This document shows, in pieces, positions 37,701 through 46,976 of a stretch of 64,000 bases of DNA. Each line of letters starts with the position of its first letter. Position 1 is the first letter of the stretch. The position numbers and the translations under genes are program-made. A model generated the notes under the pieces. The model saw nothing but the letters and a program-made list of their open reading frames with translations, was not told the origin of the DNA and did not search any database. Source of the DNA: Bacteroidetes bacterium UBA6183 (GTDB lineage Bacteria > Bacteroidota > Bacteroidia > UKL13-3); assembly GCA_002422865.1 (NCBI GenBank), contig DITN01000100.1, forward strand, positions 8,299 to 72,298. The letters run 5' to 3'.

Positions 37701-38147
37701 ATATGGGTCGTTTAAGTTAACCCAATAGCCCATGCGTGTGGTTAAGTTGTTCCACACATCGGTGTATTTCATTACATCCTTTTTGCAGGCTTCGTTGTAT
37801 TCGGCTACGGATATTTTTTTACCAATATCTTCTTTGGTAATGCCTAATGTTTTTTCTACTTGTAACTCGACAGGCAAACCGTGTGTATCCCAACCGGCCT
37901 TACGTTTTACCTGAAATCCTTTTAAGGTATTGTAGCGGCAAAAAATATCTTTAACCGTACGGCTCATTACGTGGTGAATACCCGGCATACCATTAGCACT
38001 TGGCGGACCTTCGTAAAACACGAAAGATTTTGCCCCTGCACGGTTGCTCACACTTTTTTCAAAAATGTTATGCGCTTGCCAAAACTTAAGTATTTCCTCT
38101 TCAAAAGCCGGAAAGTCAAGTTTTTTATATTCGTTGTACTTACTCAT
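34767..38147 (-). CDS. ileS: isoleucine--tRNA ligase
   Basis: 1126 aa. Class I HIGH motif ('PPSANGMPGIHHVMSRT') and KMSKS motif ('GVKMSKRLGN'), plus the editing domain. The length fits a type-2 IleRS. Confidence 0.95.
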   Translation of the reverse strand: MSKYNEYKKLDFPAFEEEILKFWQAHNIFEKSVSNRAGAKSFVFYEGPPSANGMPGIHHVMSRTVKDIFCRYNTLKGFQVKRKAGWDTHGLPVELQVEKTLGITKEDIGKKISVAEYNEACKKDVMKYTDVWNNLTTRMGYWVNLNDPYVTYDNNYIESLWWILKQLYNKGLLYKGYTIQPYSPAAGTGLSSHELNQPGTYKDVKDNTAVAMFKAIHAPFEGDVYFLAWTTTPWTLPSNTALAVGAKIDYALVKTFNPNTHHPCTVVLAKDLLGKHFKAENAELKLGDYKAGDKNIPFEVVKEIKGADLAGIRYEQLLPFAKVENGDAFKVITGDFVTTEDGTGIVHIAPSFGADDFRVAKQNGIGSLTLVDKRGKFLPEVQDGQFLFGEEYVKEAYLTDAEKEASLTIQKEKLSGVIKDTSKLNYLSVDERIILKLQTEGKLFKKEKYEHPYPHCWRTDKPILYYPLESWFIKTTAYKDKLVEANQKINWKPEHTGTGRFGNWLENLVDWNLSRSRYWGTPLPIWRTEDGSEEKCIGSNAELHEEITKAKTAGFIPQDFEMKDLHKPYVDDVVLVSSKGEKMFREADLIDVWFDSGAMPYAQWNFPFNKEIPLNENYPADFIAEGVDQTRGWFFTLHALAVLLNECSDEIKAINQQNNNPGIAFKNVIANGLVLDKNGVKMSKRLGNIVDPFTTIAKYGADATRWYMLGNSDPWDNLKFDLEGVAESQRKFFGTLYNTYSFFAIYANIDGFEFDENNVTPISERTELDRWIMSKLNSLVKLVRERMDDYDATPAVRAIEEFTSDHFSNWFIRLSRRRFWKGEMNADKKAAYETLYQCLITVSQLSSSFAPFFSDWVYKNLNGKSESVHLTDLVNADEKVIDLRLEEQMEYAQKISSLVLSIRKKENIKVRQPLQKILIPMVDTRIKDEIIHVQDLILSEVNVKQLEFIEEIEKSIKPNFRVLGKKVGAKMKAVGDAILAMKTEQIAELEQNSSYVIVVDGEKMTLEITDVEIMSKDITGYKVANEGKVTVALDVEISPELKLEGIAREVVSKLQALRKETSLEVTDKINVQLQSHDYINDAINAYKTYICTEILADKLEIVATAGLSAEIEVDEHLIKVQLTKAN

Positions 38148-38794
38148 TTGTAGTTGTGTTTTTGGGTTGAATTATGGATTTGACGGTATTGTCTATCAAT
38201 TACTCAGCCTAAATAAAAGTGTGCGAAAATAGGATTTAGCAGCTATAAATGAAAGAAGCCATTTGATATTAGCAGCAAGTACTGATTTTACTACCCCAAA
38301 CGGCAAAAAAATAAGCCACCAGAATGAGTATTGGCAGCTTAGATTAAATAATTTTTTACCAGTAATTTTATGATTGCTGTGTAATCTGGAGTTTTAGGGT
38401 ATTTCCGGTTTTGACCATAATGAGTGTTTTCCATATTAAAATCCCCATAGCATAAAAACCACTTTCCTTTTGGGTTGGCACCCAAACCGCCTTCACTTTT
38501 TTCTTGATAAAAAAGTAAACAAAAAATCAAGGCTTACGACAATTTTACAACAATCTACTGAGTCCATTTTTTCCGCGCAATCCAAGCCACTACGTTTCGG
38601 GATTGCTTGCAATGGCCAACGCACAAATGCACTCATTGATTGTTAAGTAAAATTCTCGTAGGCCAATAGAATCCTTCATACGTTATCTAATGTAAGAGCG
38701 TCTCTTCGTTAATAACTTTAGGTTTTTTTAACAAACTGGTATGTTTGCGTATGTACGTTTAAATAATTTGTAATAGAATTATGGTTTAATGAAT

Positions 38795-39724
38795 TCAGCG
38801 TTTAATTATCTTATAGGTTTGAGTTTGACCTTGGCTAATCACGCGGCAGTAATACAGTCCCGGTATAAGTTGGGTTAAGTTTAGGTTTTGTTTTTCGTTG
38901 AAAGGTTCAATTGAAAACGTACTAACTGTTTTCCCCAACTGATTTAAAATTAATAGAGAACCTTCTTTTAACGGTTGTTTGAAATTAAGTTCCAACACAT
39001 CGTAAAAAGGGTTGGGGGATATTGAGGTAATAGTTTGCTCGGAAACTTCTGTAACAGTAACCCAACCCATTGATGTATCGCAAGGATAATCGGTTAGTTT
39101 TAGGTTGATGTATTCATTTTCAAAACACCTCAAAGGACTATTAAAATCTATATCAGTGTATTTTTGAAATACAGGCATATGAGTCTCTAAATTACCAATC
39201 GTTTCAATAATCTTACCTGAAAATCGCCAATGAAATCTTGGAGCCCACGGAACATCTTCTCCAGTCTTTGAGATTTCTTTATAGTACATTGTTTTATAGG
39301 CAATCCCCATAATGGTATCGATACCAACAGAATCAATAACCGACCATGCTCCCGAATCCAACGCACCCTGAAAACCGCGATTATCTATACCTAGGGTAAA
39401 TACTGTATCTCCAATACTTTTGTTAAAATCATACAACACATAAAACTGCCCTTTAACCACAACATACTGAATATTGGCGGTTGTATCGTCATAAACAATC
39501 ATGTTGTTACGGGGATAGGCAATCCATTGTTGACTTTCTTTATCTTTATATCGTGCGGCCAATTTTACGCATAACTTATTATCAATTAGCGTGTCTTTTT
39601 CTTTGCTTATTTCTAAAGCATTTCCTAAATCACGATACCACTTGGCTTGTGGTGTAAACCATTTTTGTGCACCAACTTCTGTTATAGAAAGCAGTAGTAT
39701 TGTAGCAAGAATAATATTTTTCAT
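38795..39724 (-). CDS. secreted hypothetical protein with a T9SS C-terminal sorting domain
   Basis: 309 aa. Signal peptide 'MKNIILATILLLSITEVGAQ'. C-terminus 'ISPNPFYDVLELNF...GLYYCRVISQGQTQTYKIIK' matches the T9SS sorting-domain pattern. Confidence 0.6.
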   Translation of the reverse strand: MKNIILATILLLSITEVGAQKWFTPQAKWYRDLGNALEISKEKDTLIDNKLCVKLAARYKDKESQQWIAYPRNNMIVYDDTTANIQYVVVKGQFYVLYDFNKSIGDTVFTLGIDNRGFQGALDSGAWSVIDSVGIDTIMGIAYKTMYYKEISKTGEDVPWAPRFHWRFSGKIIETIGNLETHMPVFQKYTDIDFNSPLRCFENEYINLKLTDYPCDTSMGWVTVTEVSEQTITSISPNPFYDVLELNFKQPLKEGSLLILNQLGKTVSTFSIEPFNEKQNLNLTQLIPGLYYCRVISQGQTQTYKIIKR

Positions 39725-39821
39725 AGATGTTGTTTAAGCAAAGTTAAACGCCACAAAAGTTAGTTCCTACTTAATTAAAGTTAATTATTGTCGAAGATTA
39801 GAGGTTTGTTTGTTGTAAAAT

Positions 39822-39856
39822 AAAATAGGCTGCCTTTAATTTAGGCAGCCTATTTG
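39822..39856 (-). terminator. terminator after the MMPL transporter gene
   Basis: 'ataggctgcc' (39826-39834), loop 'tttaattt', 'aggcagccta' (39843-39852). On the minus strand the hairpin is followed by a T-rich run. Confidence 0.55.
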
Positions 39857-39863
39857 TTGTATT

Positions 39864-42230
39864 TTACTCATCATCATTATCGGTTGGCTCTGGTTCGAGT
39901 TCAACCAAGGTGCGGCTAAATTCTTCTTTGTTGTTAATCGATTTTTCGAGTGATAATAACAAGGATGGCAGTAGCAATAAATTCATAAACATACCAAACA
40001 ACAAGGCCAATGAGGTTAAAATACCCAAGGCAATGGTTCCACCAAAATCGCTGGCTGCAAATATGATGAAGCCCGCAAACAAGGCCACTGCCGTATATAT
40101 GATACTTGGTCCGGCCTCCTGCAAACTTTCCGGTATGGCTTGTTTCATATCCCAGTTGTGTTTTTTAAGCGAGTTGCGGTACTTGGCCAAATAGTGAATG
40201 GTAAAATCAACCACAATACCATAAGCTACCGAAAATATAATGATGGTGGATGGTTTAAGTCTGATATCAAAAAAGCCCATGATGCCCAATGTCATTAACA
40301 AAGGAACGATGTTGGGGATTAACGATATCAGTACCATTTTCCAACTGAAAAATAAGAAGGCCATCATGATAGAGATGATGATAAGTGCCGAAAACACACT
40401 TTGTAAAAGGTTTTCAACCAAATAATCGTTACCTTTTAAAAAGATTAAGCTGGTACCTGTAAGTTTAACATCGTATTTGTCTTTAGGAAAAATTTCGTCA
40501 ACAATGGTTTGTACTTTTTGGTTCAGTGTTTTTAGTTCAACAGATCCAATATCGGCCATCTGTATGCTAATACGTGCTACTTGATAGTTGCTGTCTACCA
40601 TACTTTTCATCAAACCACCACTTACTTCGCCACCTCTTGGCACATAACTAAGCAGTTCACTGATGTCTAAAGCATTTGGTATAATGTAATATCTTTCATC
40701 TCCATCATGATAACCTTGGTTGGCAAACTTTAAAAAATCAACCATAGAAACGGCTTTACTAAATTCGGGAAACTCAGCCAATTCTTTTTGTAGGCGGTTC
40801 ATTTTTTGAAGCGTAGAAAAATCTTTTACTCCGTTTTTGCGCTTGGTATCAATCCTGATTTCAAAAGGTAAAACACCTTTTAGTTCTTTTTCAAAAAACT
40901 TTAAATCGGTATAAACTTTGTCTTTTTGTGGCAGGTCATCAACCACATAACCCAATGTACGCACTTGCATACTGCCATATACAGAGATGATACAAACAGC
41001 AATGGTAACCGCATAAATGGTTTTACGTTTTTCGTAAACCCATGTATTACACAAACTCATTACTTTGTTTAAACGTTTGCTGTCTAAATGTTTGGTGTGG
41101 TTATATTTTGGTGGTGGTAAGTAGCTGTAAACAATGGGAATAAACACCAGTGATATTACATAAATAAGCATGATGTTGATGCCCGATACCACCGAGAATT
41201 GATCGAGAATAGCACTGCCTGAAAAACTGAATACACAAAAACCTACGGCTGTAGTTACGTTGGTTAAAAATAGCGGTAGTCCGTTTTTTGATATCAGGCG
41301 AATAATGGCCAGCATTTTATTGCCATGTGCCCTAAATTCTTGATGATAAACATTCAGTAAATAAATACAATTTTGTATGCCAATAATTACCATTAACGGT
41401 GGAATAATACCGGTTAATAAAGTAATTTTATACCCCAACATATCTATACTGCCAAGGGTAATTACCACACCAACAATTACAACTATTAACGAGAAAATTA
41501 CTGCAGATATAAAACGGAAGAAAATAAATATGAATAAAGCAGTAACCAGTATAGATAAGTAGGTAAATATTTTAATTTCATCAGCTACCTTACTGGCATA
41601 AACCGTGCGCACATAAGGCAAGCCGCTGTAATGAATTTCAATGCCATGTTTTTCGCCAAAAACTTTGCAGAGTGCTTCAATTTCTGCTACTAAACCTATG
41701 CGCTCTTTGCTGTCTAATTTTTGTTTGTTTAGGGTAATCGCCAATAAGGCCACATCACCTTTCTCGTTGTACAACAAACCTTTGTATAGGGGTAACGATG
41801 CAATTACTTTTTTAACAGAATCCATTTCGGCCTGCGTGTGCAAGTAACCTGTTACTATGGGTTTAAGCTCTAACTTATGCAAACTATCGTTGCGGTATGG
41901 CATGTATAAGTTGGTAACTGATAATACTTTTTCAACCCCAACCGTTTCTGCTATTTTATTGTTCAGTTCAATAAGGTCGTTAAAAAAGTCTTTTTCGTAT
42001 AACTTATCCGATTGTATACCAACAGCTAAAATATTGCCGTCCTCGCCAAAGGTTTGTTTAAACTTTACATATTCAATAAAGTCGGGGTCGTTATCCGGAA
42101 CAACCTTAGCAAAATCGTAAGTAAGTTGCACCCTGGTAGCGAAGTACCCAAAAACCAAAGTAACCACTCCAAGTGCTACTAAAAACCAAAAGCGGTTGCG
42201 TATAACGTATGTTCCTAATTTTTGCCACAT
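39864..42230 (-). CDS. MMPL/RND-superfamily exporter (SSD-containing, 12 transmembrane helices)
   Basis: 788 aa. Two 6-TM bundles separated by soluble loops. Charged C-terminus 'ELEPEPTDNDDE'. Confidence 0.75.
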   Translation of the reverse strand: MWQKLGTYVIRNRFWFLVALGVVTLVFGYFATRVQLTYDFAKVVPDNDPDFIEYVKFKQTFGEDGNILAVGIQSDKLYEKDFFNDLIELNNKIAETVGVEKVLSVTNLYMPYRNDSLHKLELKPIVTGYLHTQAEMDSVKKVIASLPLYKGLLYNEKGDVALLAITLNKQKLDSKERIGLVAEIEALCKVFGEKHGIEIHYSGLPYVRTVYASKVADEIKIFTYLSILVTALFIFIFFRFISAVIFSLIVVIVGVVITLGSIDMLGYKITLLTGIIPPLMVIIGIQNCIYLLNVYHQEFRAHGNKMLAIIRLISKNGLPLFLTNVTTAVGFCVFSFSGSAILDQFSVVSGINIMLIYVISLVFIPIVYSYLPPPKYNHTKHLDSKRLNKVMSLCNTWVYEKRKTIYAVTIAVCIISVYGSMQVRTLGYVVDDLPQKDKVYTDLKFFEKELKGVLPFEIRIDTKRKNGVKDFSTLQKMNRLQKELAEFPEFSKAVSMVDFLKFANQGYHDGDERYYIIPNALDISELLSYVPRGGEVSGGLMKSMVDSNYQVARISIQMADIGSVELKTLNQKVQTIVDEIFPKDKYDVKLTGTSLIFLKGNDYLVENLLQSVFSALIIISIMMAFLFFSWKMVLISLIPNIVPLLMTLGIMGFFDIRLKPSTIIIFSVAYGIVVDFTIHYLAKYRNSLKKHNWDMKQAIPESLQEAGPSIIYTAVALFAGFIIFAASDFGGTIALGILTSLALLFGMFMNLLLLPSLLLSLEKSINNKEEFSRTLVELEPEPTDNDDE

Positions 42231-42339
42231 AATAAAGTGGGCGAATTTAGCGAAATAAAACGAGGCTTAGGTTAAATTTATGTTTAGGTGGGGTATAACA
42301 TTTTTGAGGTAAATGCGTTACGTTTGAGGTTCATTTTAT

Positions 42340-44667
42340 TTGATGGCAAACATGCGTTACATAGCTATATTACTGATGTTTATCTTTTCTGTGGTTGAAT
42401 TGTCGGCACAGTATAGTGTACCTAAAGTAGGTAATTGGAGGGTGCATTTACCTTATCAAAACAACAATACGGTGACCCAAAATGGCAGTATTATTTATGC
42501 AGGTTCGTCTAGTGGTGTGTTTAGTTTTGATGTGGAAGACAATTCGTTAGAAGTGATGAGTAAAGTTACCGGATTGTCTGATGTAGAGGTAAGTAAACTT
42601 GAGTTTGATAACAGCACCCAAACATTAATTGTGGTTTATAACAATACCAACATTGATTTATTAACTAATGGTATAGTAACAAATATCCCTGATTTATTAA
42701 GAAAGACCATTATTGGCGATAAGAAGGTAAATGATGTAACTGTTGTTGATGGTATTGCTTATTTGGCTTGTTCGTTTGGTATTGTAAAAATTGATTTGGC
42801 ACGAAAACAAATTATTGATTCGTATCAAAATATTGGACAAGGGGGGAGTAATTTGCCCGTTAATGATATTGCTGTGTACAACGGTAGTTTATATGCCAGC
42901 TCAAACAAAGGACTGTACAGGGCATCTCTAAGCAGCGGTAACCTAAGTGATTTTAATTTTTGGACAGAGATAAGAACAGATACTTGTAATCACTTATTAT
43001 CGGCAGGTAATTATTTGTTTATTACAACCGCAAAATCGGTTAATTTAGTTAGGCGTTATGATGGCGTTATGTGGGATACATTGCCCGGTGCATCAGGGGA
43101 ATTAACGAAAAACTTGCGCATCAGTGCACAAAAATTAATGTGCATACAAGAGCGTAGAGTTATTACTTATGATGCCCAGTTTGTTCCAACACTTTTTAGT
43201 ATTGCAGGTGCATTTGATGGGGTAATTAATGCAGAAGGAATATACAGTTTAGCGATTGTTGAGCAGGGGTTGGTGTTGTTTGAACCCAATGGCAACAGGT
43301 ATTTGGCTCCGGCTGGAGCTTGGGGTAATACAGCCTTAAAATTCTCCTACTCATCAACCCGAAAACAACTTTTTGTGGCAGGGGGTATGGTTGATGGCGT
43401 GGGCACTGCTACAGGCTTACGTAGCACAGGTAATAACAATAAATACTATGTATTTGATGGAAATATGTGGTACAATTCAGCGGTTATTAATAATCCGTTT
43501 GTAAATAAGTGCCGCGATTTTATGGATGTGTTTTGTGATGAGAAAACAAATAAAACGTACCTCACCAGTTTTGGATTTGGTTTATTAGAGGTAAATAATT
43601 TAACACCTACTTTATTATATGATACCAGCAATAGTGCTATCGGTTTTTTTGTAACGGAGTTTCCTTCGTTTAGACCTGTATATGCATCAGGAACCACGAT
43701 AGATAATACAGGCAATGTTTGGGTTACCAGTTATGGTGCCGCAAAACCATTAGCCGTAAAAACACCTTCAAACCAATGGTACTCTTTTGCTTTTAACGGT
43801 GGCAATGCCAATGTAAGTTATATGGTATGTGATAATAATTTCCCGCGTAACAATAAATGGATTATTAATAACCGTGGTGGAGGTTTATACGTATACAATG
43901 AAGGTGCAAACATATCTTCAGATGCTGATGATAGGTTCAGGATATTAGGCAAAGAAAAAGGGAACGGATTATTACCGAGCACCAATGTGTTGAGCATGGC
44001 TTTAGATAAAAATGGTGAAATGTGGGTTGGTACTGATAATGGTTTATGTATTATCAGTGATCCAACGGCAGTGTTCAGTAATTCATCAACCCGTAGTTTT
44101 GATGCCCGACAATTGGTAATTAATACCGGAAGTTTTAACAGTATAATTTTAGGTACTGATGCCATTTTATGTATTAAGGTTGATGGTGCAAATCGTAAGT
44201 GGATTGGAACACGTAATGGTGTTTGGCTGTTAAGTGAAGATGGTTACACTGTTATCAGGAATTTTACTACAGATAATAGCCCATTATTATCTAATGTGGT
44301 GTACGACATTGGCATTTTTGAAGAAACCGGTGAGGTGTTTTTTGCTACCGAAAAAGGAATTATTAGTTATGCCGGAGATGCCACCAAGGCTGATGTAACG
44401 CATGGTAAAGTGGTGGTGTATCCTAATCCGGTAAGGCCCGAGTATACAGGCGAAATTGCTATACGCGGCTTGGCCGAAAATACCAATGTAAAAATAACCG
44501 ACATAGCCGGAAATTTGGTTTATGAAACCAAAGCCAATGGTGGCATGGCAACTTGGAATGGTAGAAACTTTTCGGGTAAACGTGCAGCTACAGGCGTTTA
44601 TTTAATATACAGCAGCAACGAAGATGCTACCGAAACTTATGTTACCAAGTTATTGTTTGTAAACTAA
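42340..44667 (+). CDS. PorZ-like T9SS protein: tandem two-component-regulator-propeller (Reg_prop) domains plus a T9SS sorting domain
   Basis: 775 aa (P. gingivalis PorZ is about 776 aa, from recall). Signal peptide, then repeated Reg_prop-like blades ('NGSIIYAGSSSGVFSFD', 'EMWVGTDNGLCII', 'KWIGTRNGVWLL', 'VFFATEKGIISY'). Sorting-domain tail 'VVVYPNPVRPEYTGEIAIRGL...GVYLIYS...KLLFVN'. Confidence 0.5.
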   Translation: MMANMRYIAILLMFIFSVVELSAQYSVPKVGNWRVHLPYQNNNTVTQNGSIIYAGSSSGVFSFDVEDNSLEVMSKVTGLSDVEVSKLEFDNSTQTLIVVYNNTNIDLLTNGIVTNIPDLLRKTIIGDKKVNDVTVVDGIAYLACSFGIVKIDLARKQIIDSYQNIGQGGSNLPVNDIAVYNGSLYASSNKGLYRASLSSGNLSDFNFWTEIRTDTCNHLLSAGNYLFITTAKSVNLVRRYDGVMWDTLPGASGELTKNLRISAQKLMCIQERRVITYDAQFVPTLFSIAGAFDGVINAEGIYSLAIVEQGLVLFEPNGNRYLAPAGAWGNTALKFSYSSTRKQLFVAGGMVDGVGTATGLRSTGNNNKYYVFDGNMWYNSAVINNPFVNKCRDFMDVFCDEKTNKTYLTSFGFGLLEVNNLTPTLLYDTSNSAIGFFVTEFPSFRPVYASGTTIDNTGNVWVTSYGAAKPLAVKTPSNQWYSFAFNGGNANVSYMVCDNNFPRNNKWIINNRGGGLYVYNEGANISSDADDRFRILGKEKGNGLLPSTNVLSMALDKNGEMWVGTDNGLCIISDPTAVFSNSSTRSFDARQLVINTGSFNSIILGTDAILCIKVDGANRKWIGTRNGVWLLSEDGYTVIRNFTTDNSPLLSNVVYDIGIFEETGEVFFATEKGIISYAGDATKADVTHGKVVVYPNPVRPEYTGEIAIRGLAENTNVKITDIAGNLVYETKANGGMATWNGRNFSGKRAATGVYLIYSSNEDATETYVTKLLFVN

Positions 44668-44703
44668 TATTCCCATCAAACAAAAAACGGTTATTGTTGC
44701 AGC

Positions 44704-45435
44704 ATGCTAACCAAGTGCAGAGCCATTGTTATAAAGTGTATTGATTACAGTGAAACCAGTGTAATACTTAAATGCTTTACTGATGTTTATGGCATGCAAT
44801 CGTATTTAATAAACGGTGTACGAAAAAACAAAGGAAGCATACGTCCATCGCAATTGCAGCCGTTAACCATACTTGAACTTGAAGCTTATCACCAGCAAAA
44901 TAAAAACCTGCAACGCATTAAAGAGTTAAAGTGTACGCCTCAATTAAATACGTTACATTTTAATATGTTTAAAAGTGCCATTGGTATGTTTATGGCCGAG
45001 GTTATTTACCGCAGCATTAAAGAAGAAAATCAACCTGATGCTAATTTGTTTGAGTATTTAAACAGTACCATTCAAATTTTAGACATGGAGCAAGAACGAA
45101 CAGCTAATTATCCGTTGTTTTTCCTCATTAACTTATCACGGTTTTTAGGTTTTTACCCGAAGTTAAACACCAGCGGAACAACTACGATGGGTTTTAATTT
45201 TAGAGATGGAGAGTTTGAACCTTACGATGATAAAAATCCGTTTCAGATTGATTTGGTAAGTAGTCAGTTGCTTATTGAATTGATGCGTTGTACATACGAT
45301 GAACAGAAAATAATGCAAATACACGGACAACACCGCAAGCAATTAATACAAGCATTGGTATTGTATTACAACCAGCACTTAAGTGGTTTTAGCAACATGC
45401 GTAGCCACGAAATTTTAGCGGAGGTGTTGGAGTAA
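44704..45435 (+). CDS. recO: DNA repair protein RecO
   Basis: 243 aa. N-terminal OB fold 'AIVIKCIDYSETSVILKCFTDVYGMQSYLINGVRK'. Size and layout match RecO. Confidence 0.75.
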   Translation: MLTKCRAIVIKCIDYSETSVILKCFTDVYGMQSYLINGVRKNKGSIRPSQLQPLTILELEAYHQQNKNLQRIKELKCTPQLNTLHFNMFKSAIGMFMAEVIYRSIKEENQPDANLFEYLNSTIQILDMEQERTANYPLFFLINLSRFLGFYPKLNTSGTTTMGFNFRDGEFEPYDDKNPFQIDLVSSQLLIELMRCTYDEQKIMQIHGQHRKQLIQALVLYYNQHLSGFSNMRSHEILAEVLE

Positions 45436-45439
45436 ATGT

Positions 45440-45790
45440 TTATCTACTCAAACCATATTTATCAATAAAAGGCCAGTTAAACATATTGTTTTTGGGCCTG
45501 TAAATTACCTCGCAAGAATCAAGGTTCCTACATATCGAATCAACAGGTCCCCAAGCATAATTACATGTGCCTATTTTATTTCCCAACTCATCGTAAACCG
45601 TTGTTCCGCCATTGTATACTAATTGACCGAGGCAATACACTTTTTGGTTATTAACCCAACATTCAGAAATTTCTCCCCTCGGGTTTTGTGCGTGTAGTTT
45701 TCGCACTACCTCATGTTGTAAGGGGTCATCTTTTCGGCAACCACTCAGGTAAACCAAACTTATACCTAAAAATAAGATTAAGTGTTTCAT
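45440..45790 (-). CDS. small hypothetical lipoprotein
   Basis: 116 aa. Lipobox 'LVYLSGCRK'. Confidence 0.4.
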   Translation of the reverse strand: MKHLILFLGISLVYLSGCRKDDPLQHEVVRKLHAQNPRGEISECWVNNQKVYCLGQLVYNGGTTVYDELGNKIGTCNYAWGPVDSICRNLDSCEVIYRPKNNMFNWPFIDKYGLSR

Positions 45791-45969
45791 GATTGTTTAT
45801 GACAGCGGTTGATGCAATTATGTTGCCTTATTTAAACATAAATGAGGATTTCGTTATGCAGCATAAAGTACCGTATAAAAAAAAACGCTCTCAAGGCCTT
45901 AACAAAAAAGCCACCTCAATGCCGAATATTCGGTATGAAGTGACTTTTGTATTATGTGTTATTTTCTAG

Positions 45970-46923
45970 TTATTTTCTTTTCATCACACGCTCAACAGCG
46001 GCAACAATGTTGGTGGCATCAAGTCCGTATTCTTTCATCAATTCATCGGGTGTACCACTTTGTCCGAAACTATCGTTTACAGCTACCATTTCAACAGGAG
46101 TTGGTAATTCGCGTGCTAACAATTGACAAATGCTATCACCTAAACCACCGTTCATTTGGTGTTCTTCGGCAGTAACCACCGCACGTGTTTTACGTACACT
46201 GTTTAATATGGCTTGTGCATCAAGTGGTTTAATGGTGTGTATATTTATCAACTCTACGTTGATTCCTTTCTCGGCAAGGATATGTCCGGCTTCAATGGCT
46301 TGCCAAACTAAGTGTCCTGTTGCAAAAATGGTAACATCACTGCCTTCGTTTAGCATCAAGGCTTTTCCAATTTCAAACTTATCGGTAGCGCTGGTAAAGT
46401 TAGGTACTGCAGGGCGTCCAAAACGTAAGTACACCGGTCCTTCATGATCGGCAATGGCAATGGTTGCCGCCTTGGTTTGGTTATAATCACACGGATTAAT
46501 TACGGTCATGTTTGGTAACATTTTCATTAAACCAATGTCTTCTAATATTTGGTGTGTTGCACCATCTTCACCTAAAGTTACACCGGCATGTGAGGCACAA
46601 ATTTTTACGTTTTTGTTTGAGTAAGCCACGCTTTGGCGAATTTGATCGTACACACGGCCGGTACTAAAATTTGCAAATGTTCCGGTAAACGGAATTTTAT
46701 CGCCAATGGCTAAACCTGCTGCAAGGCCAATCATGTTAGCTTCGGCAATACCCACTTGGAAAAAACGTTCTGGATGTTCTTTTTGAAAAGCATCCATTTT
46801 AAGTGAGCCTGTTAAATCGGCACAAAGTGCTACTACATTGGGGTTAGTTTTACCTAACTCGCTAAGTCCTGCACCAAAACCCGAGCGGGTATCTTTTACG
46901 TTTTGTACTTCAAACTTTTTCAT
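45970..46923 (-). CDS. transketolase, C-terminal subunit (pyrimidine-binding + C-terminal domains)
   Basis: 317 aa. 'FFQVGIAEANMIGLAAGLA' and 'GEDGATHQ' are transketolase motifs. Confidence 0.9.
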   Translation of the reverse strand: MKKFEVQNVKDTRSGFGAGLSELGKTNPNVVALCADLTGSLKMDAFQKEHPERFFQVGIAEANMIGLAAGLAIGDKIPFTGTFANFSTGRVYDQIRQSVAYSNKNVKICASHAGVTLGEDGATHQILEDIGLMKMLPNMTVINPCDYNQTKAATIAIADHEGPVYLRFGRPAVPNFTSATDKFEIGKALMLNEGSDVTIFATGHLVWQAIEAGHILAEKGINVELINIHTIKPLDAQAILNSVRKTRAVVTAEEHQMNGGLGDSICQLLARELPTPVEMVAVNDSFGQSGTPDELMKEYGLDATNIVAAVERVMKRK

Positions 46924-46976
46924 GTATCAAATAATTTTTCTTTTTTCTAATTGGGTTGAATACTTGTTGTATCCAT

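Noticed and set aside
38339-38530. 63-aa ORF as a real gene
   Set aside because: It has no start context, no motif and no signal peptide. It lies alone in a long UTR-like gap, and so is reported only as part of the gap finding.
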